Origin: Pseudovirgaria hyperparasitica
Taxonomy: Eukaryota
Reading direction: 5' to 3' (one strand)
Assembly (NCBI GenBank): GCA_010093815.1
Contig: ML996569.1
Length of the DNA: 64,000 nt
The notes beneath the pieces were generated by a model. That model did no database searches, was not told the origin of the DNA, and saw only the letters and a program-made list of their open reading frames with translations. Both the position numbers and the translations under genes were made by a program. Positions within the stretch are counted from its first letter, which is position 1. Each line of letters opens with the position of its first letter. This document shows positions 1 to 11,904 of the stretch, piece by piece.

Positions 1-1020
1 GCTGACAAGAGTCTATGACAGAGCCATGCATGGTGTTTAGCAGGTCGTGCAGAGAGAGTAGTATGGATGTATAGAGTATACACTTACTTTAGTTATTATA
101 TTCTATAGAGTGGGGATAAAGAAGAAGAAGAAGGCGAAGCAAACTATCAGTTAGAGGACGTGGTAGTACTAGTATATCGCATAATGATAGTACGTTGCCT
201 GGAACTCGTGTCCGGTAGACATGCACATATATCTATAAAAATCTCTCCAAGCCAACTAGCATAAATACTACTCCAAGAGAACATGGAGTACAAGGGTTCC
301 TAAACAAAACCTCCTATCAAATAAAGGGAAGTAGTCTCCATAACCCTCTTACCAATTAAATCCCTTCACGCATGAATAGGAAGGGGGATTAAAAAACACA
401 CAAGCCCAGATCCCACCCATACGAGCCACCAGCCCACCCAACGATCCGTGCAAACATAGTCAAGACTGCCGAGTCGGCTCGCGTCCGAGCAGGGATTTCA
501 AGTATCCGACTAACCTGTTTAGGCAGGAAAGCTAGACTAGGCCATCGCCAGCTCCTAACCCAAACGAGCGCAGTCCACGCCAAGAAATGCTGCTTTCGGA
601 TTAGTGTCATAGTGCTTAATCCATGTGTTGTCAGTGCACTACTACAGTACCATCATATCACACGCAGAGAGGGAGACACAGAAGATGCATGGAATGAGGC
701 AAAAATCATGTCAACTTTATGAAATCAAGCAGAGCAGAGCTATCCCCGCCGTCACTTTTAGCTAAAGAAAAGAAATATAAGAATGAAAAGGAGGTGCTTT
801 TCCACCGCCGCCACCGCCCACTAACCATATAAAACGCCAGGAATAGACAACAAAAAACAGAAAGACTGAACTAGAAGAAAGACATGTACACAGAATCGCC
901 CCCGTTTCCAGCAACCCAGACTATTCCCCACTCTCGAACAAACCGAAACAGACCCCTTTAATCCCCAATCCCCAATATATACACGAACCCGAAATCCCCC
1001 CAAAAAACCCCCCAAAAGAT

Positions 1021-2113
1021 CTACGACCAAACATCCACACTCCCATACACCCGATGCGCACTCACCACCTCGCGCCTCGCCACCGCCCCGCGCCCACCGC
1101 CATAAACCAACGACCGCTTCCGCAGCGTGCGCGCGGGATGGTCCATCTCCAGACACCCGGGCACCTGCTTCGTCGCGCACAGCGGGGTGAGTTCACGCGT
1201 CGCCATGTCGCAGAAGTAGCCGTCTGTGCCGACGAAATCGGGGCCCCAGGAGGTTGGGGAGAGACACATTTCGGTGGCGTTGTGGGTGGGCGCGCTGGTG
1301 GAGATGACGAGGTGGGAGTCCATCCAGGGGCGGCGGGGGCGGAGGGTGCTTGTTGTGCTTGTGGTGTTGGAAGAGGAGAGAGAGCGTTTGGTGGCTGGTT
1401 TGTCTGGTGTGTGTGTTAGATTGATTGTTTGACAGGAGGGATAAAAGGGGGGAAAGTAAGGACGAAGACATACCCCCGATATCAACCGCCTTGCGCGAGT
1501 AAAGCGTAGCAGAACACTGCCTATTCTGCGCCAGCGTCGACGCCGCACCCACCTCGCCATACGCCTGCACGCCGAACTTCAACGCAGCAGACACAATCCC
1601 ATTCGACGCATCGGCATCCAACCACGTACAGCTCGGCCGCCAATCCCCGCCATCCCTATACCTCCCCGCGATCTGATTCCCGGCATACCACGACTGCCCA
1701 CACTGCTGCCCGATATCCCCATTCCAGGCACCCGCCGCCGCATCAACCTTGTCGAACTGGCGGACGGCGATCCACGAGATGCAGGTTGCGTCGTTGCCGT
1801 TTGCGACGGAGAGGAAGTCGACTTGTTTGCCGGGCTCGGGCTGGGAGAGGACGACTTCGATGACGCCGCCGTCGCCGATGTGGCCGCCTGTGCTGCGGCC
1901 GATGGGCGCGTTGTTGGCGTCGTAGCCCTGGATTGAGACGATTTGGCCGCCGAAGTCGTGGCAGTTGTTGGGGCATTGGAGGCCGGCTTTGATTTGGACG
2001 GAGGCGCCGAGGCTGGGGGGGCTGTTGCCGGCGAAGTTGGACTTGAGGAAGTCGACTATGCCGAGGGCGCCGGAGATGGTGCCGATGGCGTCGATGGCTA
2101 CGGCCCACGACAT
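1021..2113 (-). CDS. Cys-rich fungal hypothetical protein (~340 aa, 2 exons)
   Basis: ATG at 2113 in CAAAAATG context, TATA-like GTATATAAAG at ~2351-2360. Intron 1404-1473 (GTATGT...CTAAC...CAG) joins ORF 1193..2113 in frame to ORF 1021..1560 (IG|DKP). 10 Cys. Confidence 0.8.
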
Positions 2114-2763
2114 TTTTGGGGGTTGTTTGTTTGGGGGGTTTGGTTTGGGGGGGTTGATGAGATGAGAGGAGGGAAGAGAGAGAGAGAGAAGTGATAGTTG
2201 TAAAGAGTTGTTTGGGGGGGTGAAGAATGGATTCTTGGATGTGAATAGGAGGTAGTGCTGCCGATGAAGCTTGAGATGAAGCTGAAGCTGAAGATGAAGC
2301 CGCTGCTGCCGATGCTAGAATAAAGCACACTCTCCGGGTCCCCAAGCCACCTTTATATACAATTTCCCAGCAGCCCAAAAAATCCAAGTACCATACTGAC
2401 ATCTCTCAACAACAATCAAGAAACAATAAACAACAATGGAAGCATAAAAATGGAAGAAGCTCAGACCACGCACCTACCCCTGCCATATTTGCGTGGGATG
2501 TCTGTCTTTGATCCACAGGGCCGGTCTCTGATATCCGGTCGAATCTCACTTTCCACCTGCCAGGCAGGGATGTTTGCATTAGATTGGAAAATGTATATAC
2601 TGTATGTCGTCACCCCCCCCCCTAATAAAAAAGCGTGGCGGCACGATCCGGGACTAGGCGATGCGCAAGACGGCCGATATTGAGATTATGCCTTATCAGG
2701 ACTTTCGGACGGGCAGGACGGACGATTTCCGCTCATTCGTCGGTTTATGCAAACTGAGGCCAT

Positions 2764-2797
2764 GTTGTTGTTGTTGTTGTTGTTGTTGTCGTTGTTG
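2764..2797. repeat. (TGT)n microsatellite
   Basis: Direct reading: tgttgttgt... with one interruption. Confidence 0.9.
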
Positions 2798-4032
2798 TCT
2801 ACTAGCTCGACAGACCTATGTGTGTGTGTGTGACACAGAGCAAGAAGTCTAGTCTACGCCTACAAGGGTATCTTTCAACTTCCAAAAGTCCGACCATGTT
2901 GTCCGCAGTACAATGTTGATACTGTCTCCAGTCTCCAGTCAGTCTCCAGTACCCAGTCTGTAGTCATCGTGACAAACAAGATCAGCCACGCACTGACATG
3001 ACATTGTACAGTCATAGTCAGACAAGGCAAACATACGACGACCCGGTGTAAAACAACTAAAAGACGACAGTCTCTAATCTCCTCCTCGGAAATCGTACGA
3101 GCGTCACTCGAGTATCTCTTGCACCCCCCCTGGCTTGAACTTGTTGAGATTATCAGTATTGTACAGGAGGACAAGACAGGACAAGACAGAACAGGGATAC
3201 CAAGCAACACGCAAACCCAGCACGATCCCAATGCAATCAAAACAGATATATCCGCAAATAGTCCATCCCTACACCCCAGACAGACATACAGTAAATTCAA
3301 TAAAATGACATTCCTTTACAACACACTCCTATAAGGCAACTTCCATCTTACCCAGCAAGTCCTGGCATCTTAGCCGCCCCCCCAACATGCCTACAATCCA
3401 AGCTAGCGGTATCAAAAGTACTACTGTAGGTATATGCACCGCCCAGGCCCCAAGCGAGCAAGATTCCCACGAGCAGAGCAGAGCAGTGCAGGGGCTGGTG
3501 TGGAGACATACCTGCTATAAGACCCTTACGCTTTTTGTTTTGGTAAAAAAAAAACCCGAACGAGGTATGTGGTAGTAGAGGTAGTGGCATAGACAGCGGG
3601 TCGGGGTCCAGCATACCCCACCACCACCACCACCGAGATTCACCAGAGCACGTTCGTTCGTTGAGAGGCGCACACGCACGGGTACAGCGGTAGACCTTGA
3701 TGCGTTTGCTGAGGACGGGGCCAGGGCATGGCATGGCATGAGTGCGGCTGGGAGGAGAATCGGGGGATTTGGGGGGGAGGGGGGGGATCGAGACGGATTG
3801 ACAGTTGGATGTCGTCGATGCTCTGGATGGTGATGGAGATGTGGTCTGTCTAGACACTGGCAGACTCGAGACTGCTGTCTCTTCTAATCCCCCCGACCCC
3901 CCCCAACCGTGATGGGATAGCAAATGGCGAGTTGGTTGAGAGGGCAGCGAGGGCTAAGGCTGGTTTGTCTAGGGTAGGGTGGTCGAGGTCCAGACCATCG
4001 AGCACGCACTTGGTCAGTGACATAGTTACGAG

Positions 4033-4115
4033 GCAGACAGACAGACAGGCAGACAGACAGACAGGTAGACAGACAGGCAGACAGACAGACAAGACAGACA
4101 AGACAGACAGACAGG
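4033..4115. repeat. Imperfect (CAGA)n microsatellite
   Basis: cagacagacagacaggcagacagacag... read directly. Confidence 0.9.
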
Positions 4116-6311
4116 CAGGAAACAGAATAGACGGTCGACCGAAGTCCGAAGTCCGAAAAACCCATGGCCCCGGGATCAATAAAGTTGAGGACCCTGAAAA
4201 GCAGAATCGGCCCAGAACAGGCCCAGAACAGGCAGGTCAAGACGGGTTTGGGGGGGGGTAGTGGAGAAGTGAAAGGGGAATGGAAAAGCAATAACAGGCG
4301 ATAGGGGGAGGACAGGAACAGGAACAGGAAATGGATGGGGATAGAGAGTGAGAGTGACACACAGACATTGTTCCCCACATGTATATACTCAATAGTAAAA
4401 AGTGCTATGCCCATGTATAGCAGTAAGTAATTAGTGAAGCTGTACAATCTCCATGTCTGCAGTAGATCTACTGAGGCCACGCGGGAGAAGCCAGGCACAC
4501 AGTCCAGCTATCGACCTATACAACGACCAGAGTGACGTGCCGTGCTGCCGAAAGCGGTTAGACTGCCTGGCGAACGTGGCATGTCCCGGTGCAGGTTGTG
4601 TAATCTATAGTCAGTGAGTATGTGTCTGTGTGTGCAAGCTAATAGTAATAATCTAGTTTGCATTAATTGCAGCCACTCTATTCATGCATCTTGTACTTAT
4701 TGTCGTCGTCGAACAGGCTTGCGATGAGCCTCAGTTAAAAACACGACGAACACGAGCTGGCCTAGAATCAACCCCGCAGCTAATGGGAGATATTGATTTT
4801 GTTGAGCATGCACGCTGCCGTCTGCCTGCTGGCGAAGGGGCAATTGGAAAGTGATTTTACGATGCAGTCAGCGGGTTGGTGGATCCTCAATGTTGATTGC
4901 TATAGGTATGATCCATGGAGGAGGAGGACATGGTGATGCTTCGGAGGCGGTGCCGCATGAAAGTGGCACAACCTTGTATGACGCCATGGAGTCGCTTCAT
5001 CCTGCGTAGTGTATTGATCCCTCCGTCCTGGCATGGAGCCCACGAGGCGACACGGGTCCTGCCATCCATCTCGACTGTCGAACCCATGACTCACGACTCA
5101 CGACCCACGACCCTCGAGTCAATGGCGACGAGCAAAGGAAGAGCGTCGAGGAAGAGCTGGCTGAGCGGTCTTGTTCTGCACCAGCGCTGCACATCATAAA
5201 CAAGCTGCAGCAAAAGGCAATAAAGCACTATCTCTGACAATGTCCAGCACGTGGAAGATAGATGAGCAAGACGATAACGCGTAGATTGGCAGCCCAAAGA
5301 GGCAATCGGGAAAGTGATAGTGAGATTGAACCAGCACCGACGGCCCTGCCAAGCTTGCACCATACGCAGATCTGCTTGGCTGTTGCGAGAGGCAGAGAGG
5401 GGCCCGAGCAGGTGAGATCTTGGTGTTCCAAGGTTGGGGTGATGATGTCCGTGACGTACGAGAAAAGCAAGAGATCAGGAACCAGGACATGTCAGTACTC
5501 TCCAGGTACACGCTAGACTATCGTCAAAGTCTCTGAAAGGCATCATGCTCAAGTCAGACTTCTCTTTGCAGTCTCAGTGCTGTCATCGCGTGCAGTCTTG
5601 CAGCTTTCAGTCTGTCACCAACCAATTTTTTTTTGTCCCAATAACCCTGACGATTCGTATGAGGGATCCATCCATCCCACCCCCACGAGCTGAGGCCCCC
5701 ACCGCGCGGAATCTGACGGTTTCGTGTCGCATCCTGAATTGCAAAAAATAGACCAGAAGCGTAGATTGGATAGATGAGATGGAATCGAGTGCGGCGGCAC
5801 TGTACTGTTAGATTGTCCTAGATGGACGCATATGGCAGCATACGTGCTCATTCGCGCTCGGCGGGTCTCGCAGAAATCGTACCATAGTATGGCGGGTACA
5901 GCAAGTCCAGGAGACCCACAACTCAGAGTGTCACGGGCCCGATCAATCTTTGGATCACCCCATTTCGCTCCTTCGCTCAGCAGACAGCACGAGGCTGGCG
6001 AAAGAGCACATGTGGAAAATACAGGAAAGGGTGCGCACAAAGTTCTGCCATCTCGGTGCTGTCAGTATGAGAAGAAGTAGCTGGCTGGCTGGCAGGCAGG
6101 CAGAGAGTAGCAGAAGGATGCATCAAGTGAGGTGTGCGGTCCAGTCTTGCGGCTCGAGCCGGTGGGCAGACTGCTTTGTGGACTGACAAGTGACAGTAGG
6201 AGGTGGTAGCATGTCGAAATAAGCTTTTCGCATGCGACTGTCAATGTCGGCACAGTGCCACGGATGGAAGAGGGTGAAGGCCAAAGGCTAGTATTGATGT
6301 ACTATATATGG

Positions 6312-6380
6312 GAAGTGGGAAGTAGAAGTGGGAAGTAGAAGTGGGAAGTAGAAGTGGGAAGTAGAGGTGTGAAGTGGGAG
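6312..6380. repeat. 13-nt minisatellite (GAAGTGGGAAGTA)x~4-5
   Basis: Direct tandem copies, pure purine/T strand. Confidence 0.85.
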
Positions 6381-8316
6381 AGAATGCTTCGAGGGATATA
6401 TGGAACTTTCCGTGACTTGGCTAGGAAGGCTGACGGTGCGGCTCATGATGGAGAGTGAGCGGAGCAGAGAGACGGTAGATGGCAACAGGTTACGAGAGTA
6501 TAAAAGGGTGGGAGATGTGGCATGTCAAGGTCGAGTGATTGCTCGGAGTCATTGTTGTTGGGTATATCCATAATTACTCTCTAGTCAGTTACATGATGTG
6601 CGACGACTGTAGCAGGCAGATTGAGTGGCTGAGAGTCACGTGGCTGTCTCGTCACACGACCTACATGACCAAATCATCACCTGACTACAGGAACGGTGTA
6701 GCCTGCACTCGGCTCCGAATATGTCGGCAGCTGCTGGTTGGTGCAGCACGTGCACGCGGACAGATGCAGCCAGCAGTAGAGGATCCACCCACGGCAGTAC
6801 AGTAGTCAGTTAGTGGCAATAATTACTGTAAGTAATTAGGGTCCAGAATCATCATTAGGTTCGACCGGACTGTAGGCGGGCTGGTGCAAGTGATGAGTTG
6901 ACAGATGTCAGGCTGGCAGAATGTCGTGTTGGAAGAGAAGTGGTGATGATCCATGAGATATTACGACGGCGGCTGGGATGGCGGAAGATACAGGCAGGTC
7001 AGACGGAGGCAGGGATGGTGGTCGATGTCAATGTCGGTGTCGAGCGTAGCTTGGTGTTTCCAGTACAGCAAGGCATAATAATTATTGTTCTTGCAAGGCT
7101 TTGCTTGACAAAGATGTGTGTGTGAAGAAGGAGAAGATTGACGAAGATTGCTGATTGCTGCCGTTGGCCCAAGATGAAGAGATGAGGATGGCGATGAGGA
7201 TGGCGATGAGGATGAAGAATCTGGCGATGGGCGACGATCACTCCATGGGATGGCGGGATCGGGGTGGGTTGGTACTGTGTATACTGCGGGTGGCCCCAGA
7301 TATACCCACCAAAAGGGCGGAAAAGGGCTGAAAAGTGTGGGCTTGGCAGCTGGCTTCCCCGCAAAGTTGCGCCATCTCGAGTCAGGACAGGCAGGTTGGG
7401 CGCGTGCAGTCAGTGAGTGTAGCCTGTAACCTTAAACCTTAACTAATGGCCCGTCGACGTCACGACCGGCAGTCAACTGTTGCTTCTACTACATACTACT
7501 ACCTTTCTCAGTACTGCTTACCCAGCTAAAATAGGCGCACCTGCACCCTAAACTGTAGGCTGGTCGGCTGCCAAACGTCGCGGCTACCCAGCTAATTCTA
7601 GGGGGCCTTTTAAGTCAATTATCCACGCAAGCCCGCCCCGCCGGTTGACGACTGATGTCACACAGCCTGCCTGGCCTGATTCGGACAAACGGACGGCACT
7701 CACACACTAATTAATCCTTACTACTTACTCTCACACAACATTCCTGTATACTTCATACATCACACTCTATACACCACACACCATTCACTCACACCCTCTC
7801 ACACCACTCGTTCTACTGAGGCTTTTTGCCGCTGCTGCTGGTCTGCCCTTTTGCTGCTACCCACCGGCGCCAGTACGAGCCCAAAGCTTCCTCTTTGCGA
7901 CTCGCGCCCATCGCGTCTCTCGCTGGCTGCCATTCGTCCGTCGTCGTGCTATCGCCGCTTTGGTCCTCTTATAACGCATCCGACCAGCCAGGCTCAGTCA
8001 CGAGCCTCGAAATCTTGTCTATGCTAATGCCAATTCGAGAAAACAGTCGTTGCTTTGCCATCCTGACTCTCGACCCTAATATCTGCCACTTGTCGCCCAA
8101 ATTTCGCTCCCTTGAGCCCTTTCTCCCACCACATTTACTGTGCCGCCGACAATCTTCTCTCTCTCGACCTTTCTCCCTCTCTATAACCTCGTCTCCCAAT
8201 CAAGAACGTTCCACCGCAGAGACTAATCGCCAATCGCCTGCTACATACACATATATGCTGTAGAACACTATGCTGGAGGAGCACCCAATCCCTACTGCTT
8301 CATCCCGGCCGGCATC

Positions 8317-11094
8317 ATGGCGACGACTACGTCCGATGTCTTCCATACTCGCGCCCCGACTATCCTCGCCGTCACCACCGTCTTCATCGTCCTCTCCTCC
8401 GTCTTCGTAGCCCTTCGCATGATATCAAGAATCGCCATCGTGCATAAAGTGGGTCTGGATGACTATCTGATGCTCGGTGCATGGGTATGTTGTGATAATG
8501 CCCTTCCATGCTCCAACACGACCATGATGCTGATTCCTTCTAGCTCATCTCATTTGGCATGTCGTTTGCCATCTGCTATGGCACTTCCGTAGGCTTGGGA
8601 CGCCACGAGGAAGATATTCCACCTGCTTGGGACTCTGCCTTGAAAAAGTCCCAATACGCCTTCTCAGTTCTCTATGTAATCATGCTCCCACCACTACTAC
8701 ATGACCTTCTCTTGCTAACCTCCAGTCGCGAAGAATCCTGCCTTGATGGCGACAAAGACTTCCATTCTGGCCTTCTACTTGACTCTCTCACGAACACATC
8801 AATTCTTCCGTTGGTCCACCCTTACCACCTTGGCCATCGTCAATCTCGCCGGCGTCGCCCTCACCATACTCAACATCGTGCAATGTCGTCCCGTCGAAGC
8901 TGCCTTTGACCAGTTCCCTGCCTCGACCGCCCACTGTACGGACATTGTCACCCTCTACCTCTCCTCCGCCCCGGTCAACATCATCACCGATCTCGCCATT
9001 CTCATCCTACCCATGCCAATCCTGACTGGCATGCACCTTCCACGCAAGCAAAAGACCATCCTGATCATCACCTTTAGCTTCGGCGTCTTCGTTACTGCTG
9101 TCGATGTCGTTCGCATAGCATATCTTCAGTCGGCCGTCTCCACCCGCCTGAGAAGCATCGCTGCCCAACAGACTGCTACCGAGCACGGCGATACTCGCAG
9201 CTTCGAGGCCAACGACTTTTCTTGGTATGCTGGCTTTTCCTTCATGTGGTCGGCCATTGAGGTGCACGTCGGCATGATGTGCGCTTGTGTGCCAGCCTTG
9301 AAACCTCTGGTGGCACGCTTCCTGCCAAAAATGTTGCGCGACGATACCTGCAATGACCGGACGGGCGTGCGAACCTCGACTGGCCACATGGATGGCTCAC
9401 TGGATGCCAGAAACATGGAGGGACTCCCTACCGCCACGGCACCGCAGCGTCCTCAGTCTGCTGCAGCCGATCCTCAACGCGTGATGAGCCAGGAAATAGA
9501 TATGATGGATTTCCTGACCACACCAGACATGAGAGAGCTACCTGAACGCATCGCCAGAACCCAGACCGCAATGACAAACACCACTCGACACACGCAACCA
9601 AGTAGCCAGAAATTCTTCGAATTCGTGAATATCCGCCAGGGCAAGAGCATGGTCCACTTCACCCATCGAGAATCCATCTTCCCGCTCACCATGGTTACGT
9701 TGCTGTTCTTTGTATGGGGCTTCGCTTACGGACTGCTGGATGTTCTCAACTCCAGATTCCAGGAAATCGCACACATGTCCTCTCTACAGACCGTTGGCAT
9801 ACATAGCGCCTACTTTGCTGGCTACTTTATAGGGCCCATCACTTTTGGTCGCCTCGTGCTCAAGAACTGGGGCTTCAAGGCTTGTTACATCGTCGGCCTG
9901 ATCATCTACGGTTGCGGAACCCTGATATTCTGGCCATCCGCCGTCCTCACTTCGTTCCCCGCCTTTCTCGTCTCAAATTTCATCGTCGCATTGGGCCTTT
10001 CCACCCTGGAGATAGCCGCGAATCCGTTCATCGCTCTTGTCGGCCCATCGCGATATGCAGAGACCAGGCTCAATCTCTCTCAGGGCATCCAGGCAGTCGG
10101 AACTGTAGTCTCGCCACTGCTTGCAAAGAAGGTGCTCTTCAAAGCAGAAGCAGATTCACTCATTGATGTCCAATGGACCTACCTTGGAATATCCCTATTT
10201 ACCTTCCTGCTGGCTCTAGCTTACTATTACGTGCCCCTGCCCGAAGCCACCGACGACGAGCTCGACGATGCGTCTGAACGATACGATGCCGCAAACACAA
10301 AGACCATGTTCAATGTCAAAACCATTTGGCTTACCTTGGCCGTCGGCGTCTTCAGTCTATTCTGCTACGTCGGTGGCCAGGAAGTCGTTGCCACCAGCTT
10401 TGGACCCCTCACCAGTGTGTTGATGCCCCGAGACAGCGAATCCGACACCACAAACGACCAAGCCATTGCCCACACCGTCTTCGCCATATCACGCTTTGTC
10501 AGCGCAGCAGCGACATGCCACTTCAAACCCCGACACGTTCTCTTATTCTTCTATGCCGGCGCTATTGCGTTCAGCGCAGCAGCAATGCATGGCATCGGCC
10601 TAACGCCAACGGTGCTTGTCATGTCCATCTACTTTTTCGAGGGCCCCATATTCTCCATTGTCTTTGCCATGTGCTTGCGTGGCATGGGCCGACACACCAA
10701 GATGGCGTCCATCGTACTCACCGCGGCGGTATCGGGCGGCGCCGTCTTTCCCCCGATTGCATACAGCGTGCAGAAATCGCATGGCACGCAGTACGCCTTG
10801 TGTGTTGCCGTTGCGGCCTTTACAGCAGGCACCCTGCTCGCCCTATGGACCGAGCTTGTCCCCAAAGCGCGGCGCATCGTCGATCCACTCACGGACCCCA
10901 GCGCCGCGAACTCGGATGATGATGAGGAGGAGGAGGAGGAGGATAGTGCCGAGCGATCGGGGTCAGAGAGCAAGCGGAGTAGTATACTACGGGGCATCAG
11001 GCGGAAGATTAGGGAGCTCAAGGACGAGATGCCGACGAGAGAGCACCGCGAGAGGAAATCCTGGCCGTCTTCTCCGCAAAAGGACGAGACGTGA
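8317..11094 (+). CDS. PTH11-like (fungal rhodopsin-domain, 7TM) protein fused to an L-fucose permease (FucP)-like MFS transporter, ~886 aa
   Basis: Exons 8317-8484, 8544-8675, 8734-11094. N-terminal motifs are PTH11-type (LRMISR..GLDDYLM, GLGRH, TKTSILAFYL, QCRP, NIITDLAILILPMP, WSAIEVHVGMMCACVPALKPL). C-terminal motifs are FucP-type (LFFVWGFAYGLLDVLN, SAYFAGY, LEIAANPF, RLNLSQG, CYVGGQ). No stop or intron between the domains. Confidence 0.9.
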
Positions 11095-11099
11095 GCCAT

Positions 11100-11190
11100 C
11101 TTGATCATGCCTGATCGCCTTGGTCATACTTGATCGTCTTGGTCATGCCTGATCGCCTTGGTCATACTTGATCGTCTTGGTCATACTTGG
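11100..11190. repeat. 19-nt tandem repeat with alternating A/B variants just after the stop codon
   Basis: cctgatcgccttggtcata / cttgatcgtcttggtcatg alternate at 11110-11185. Confidence 0.9.
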
Positions 11191-11534
11191 TTGGGGGGAG
11201 TTTCTATGTTTGCATCATGATCTTGGTCTTGGAACCACCCTTTTTCTTTGTTGAGTTTAGCGCATGCATGCATATAATCATCACACAGTTTTTTTTTTTT
11301 TGCATATACCACCACCCTTTACGAACATGTACATGTATATATATATACATACATATATAATATACGACGCTAATTACGATACACAATTATATACGAAATT
11401 CTATGGAGCCAGGCTTGGAAACATATATGACCTTGCCTGCCTGCCTGCCTGGCTGCCTGGAATATACAGCATAGACTGGTCCTTCACTATTGTATCAATG
11501 TATGCAGTAACACACATTAGAACAAACAGCATGG

Positions 11535-11537
<3 letters not shown>

Positions 11538-11625
<88 letters not shown>
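11538..11625. repeat. (AC)n microsatellite, ~44 units
   Basis: Uninterrupted AC run. Confidence 0.97.
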
Positions 11626-11627
<2 letters not shown>

Positions 11628-11904
11628 GGCATCGCAAGATCGTTATGTTATTATTCTTCTTTTCCCCTTTTCCTCTTTCTCTTTCTCGGGTCTATCCAGC
11701 TGCCTACACATAAAACACCTTTCGGAGAAAAGGAAGAAACTCCAATACCAATGCATACATGTCCTATACCCCCTACCCCATACCCCATACCCCATACCCT
11801 ACACCCCATAACCCCACGCCGGATGGCCTAGTAGTCCTGCACAGTACAGTACAGTACGGTACACTCTCTACACATAGGCTGGCTGGTTCCACGACAAACA
11901 ACTA

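Noticed and set aside
1..390. AT/TpA-rich stretch suggesting a RIP-mutated transposon relic
   Set aside because: No terminal repeats or transposase/RT remnants are recognisable; it is too short and cut by the window edge.
1743..2402. 219-aa minus-strand ORF overlapping the first gene
   Set aside because: Alternative frame over the 5'UTR repeats and a GC-rich CDS; non-ATG start and low-complexity product.
3884..4498. ORFs with CLSV/TDRQ repeats
   Set aside because: Translations of the (CAGA)n microsatellite.
11100..11190. Repeat array as a CRISPR
   Set aside because: Units are contiguous without unique spacers, the context is eukaryotic, and there are no cas genes.
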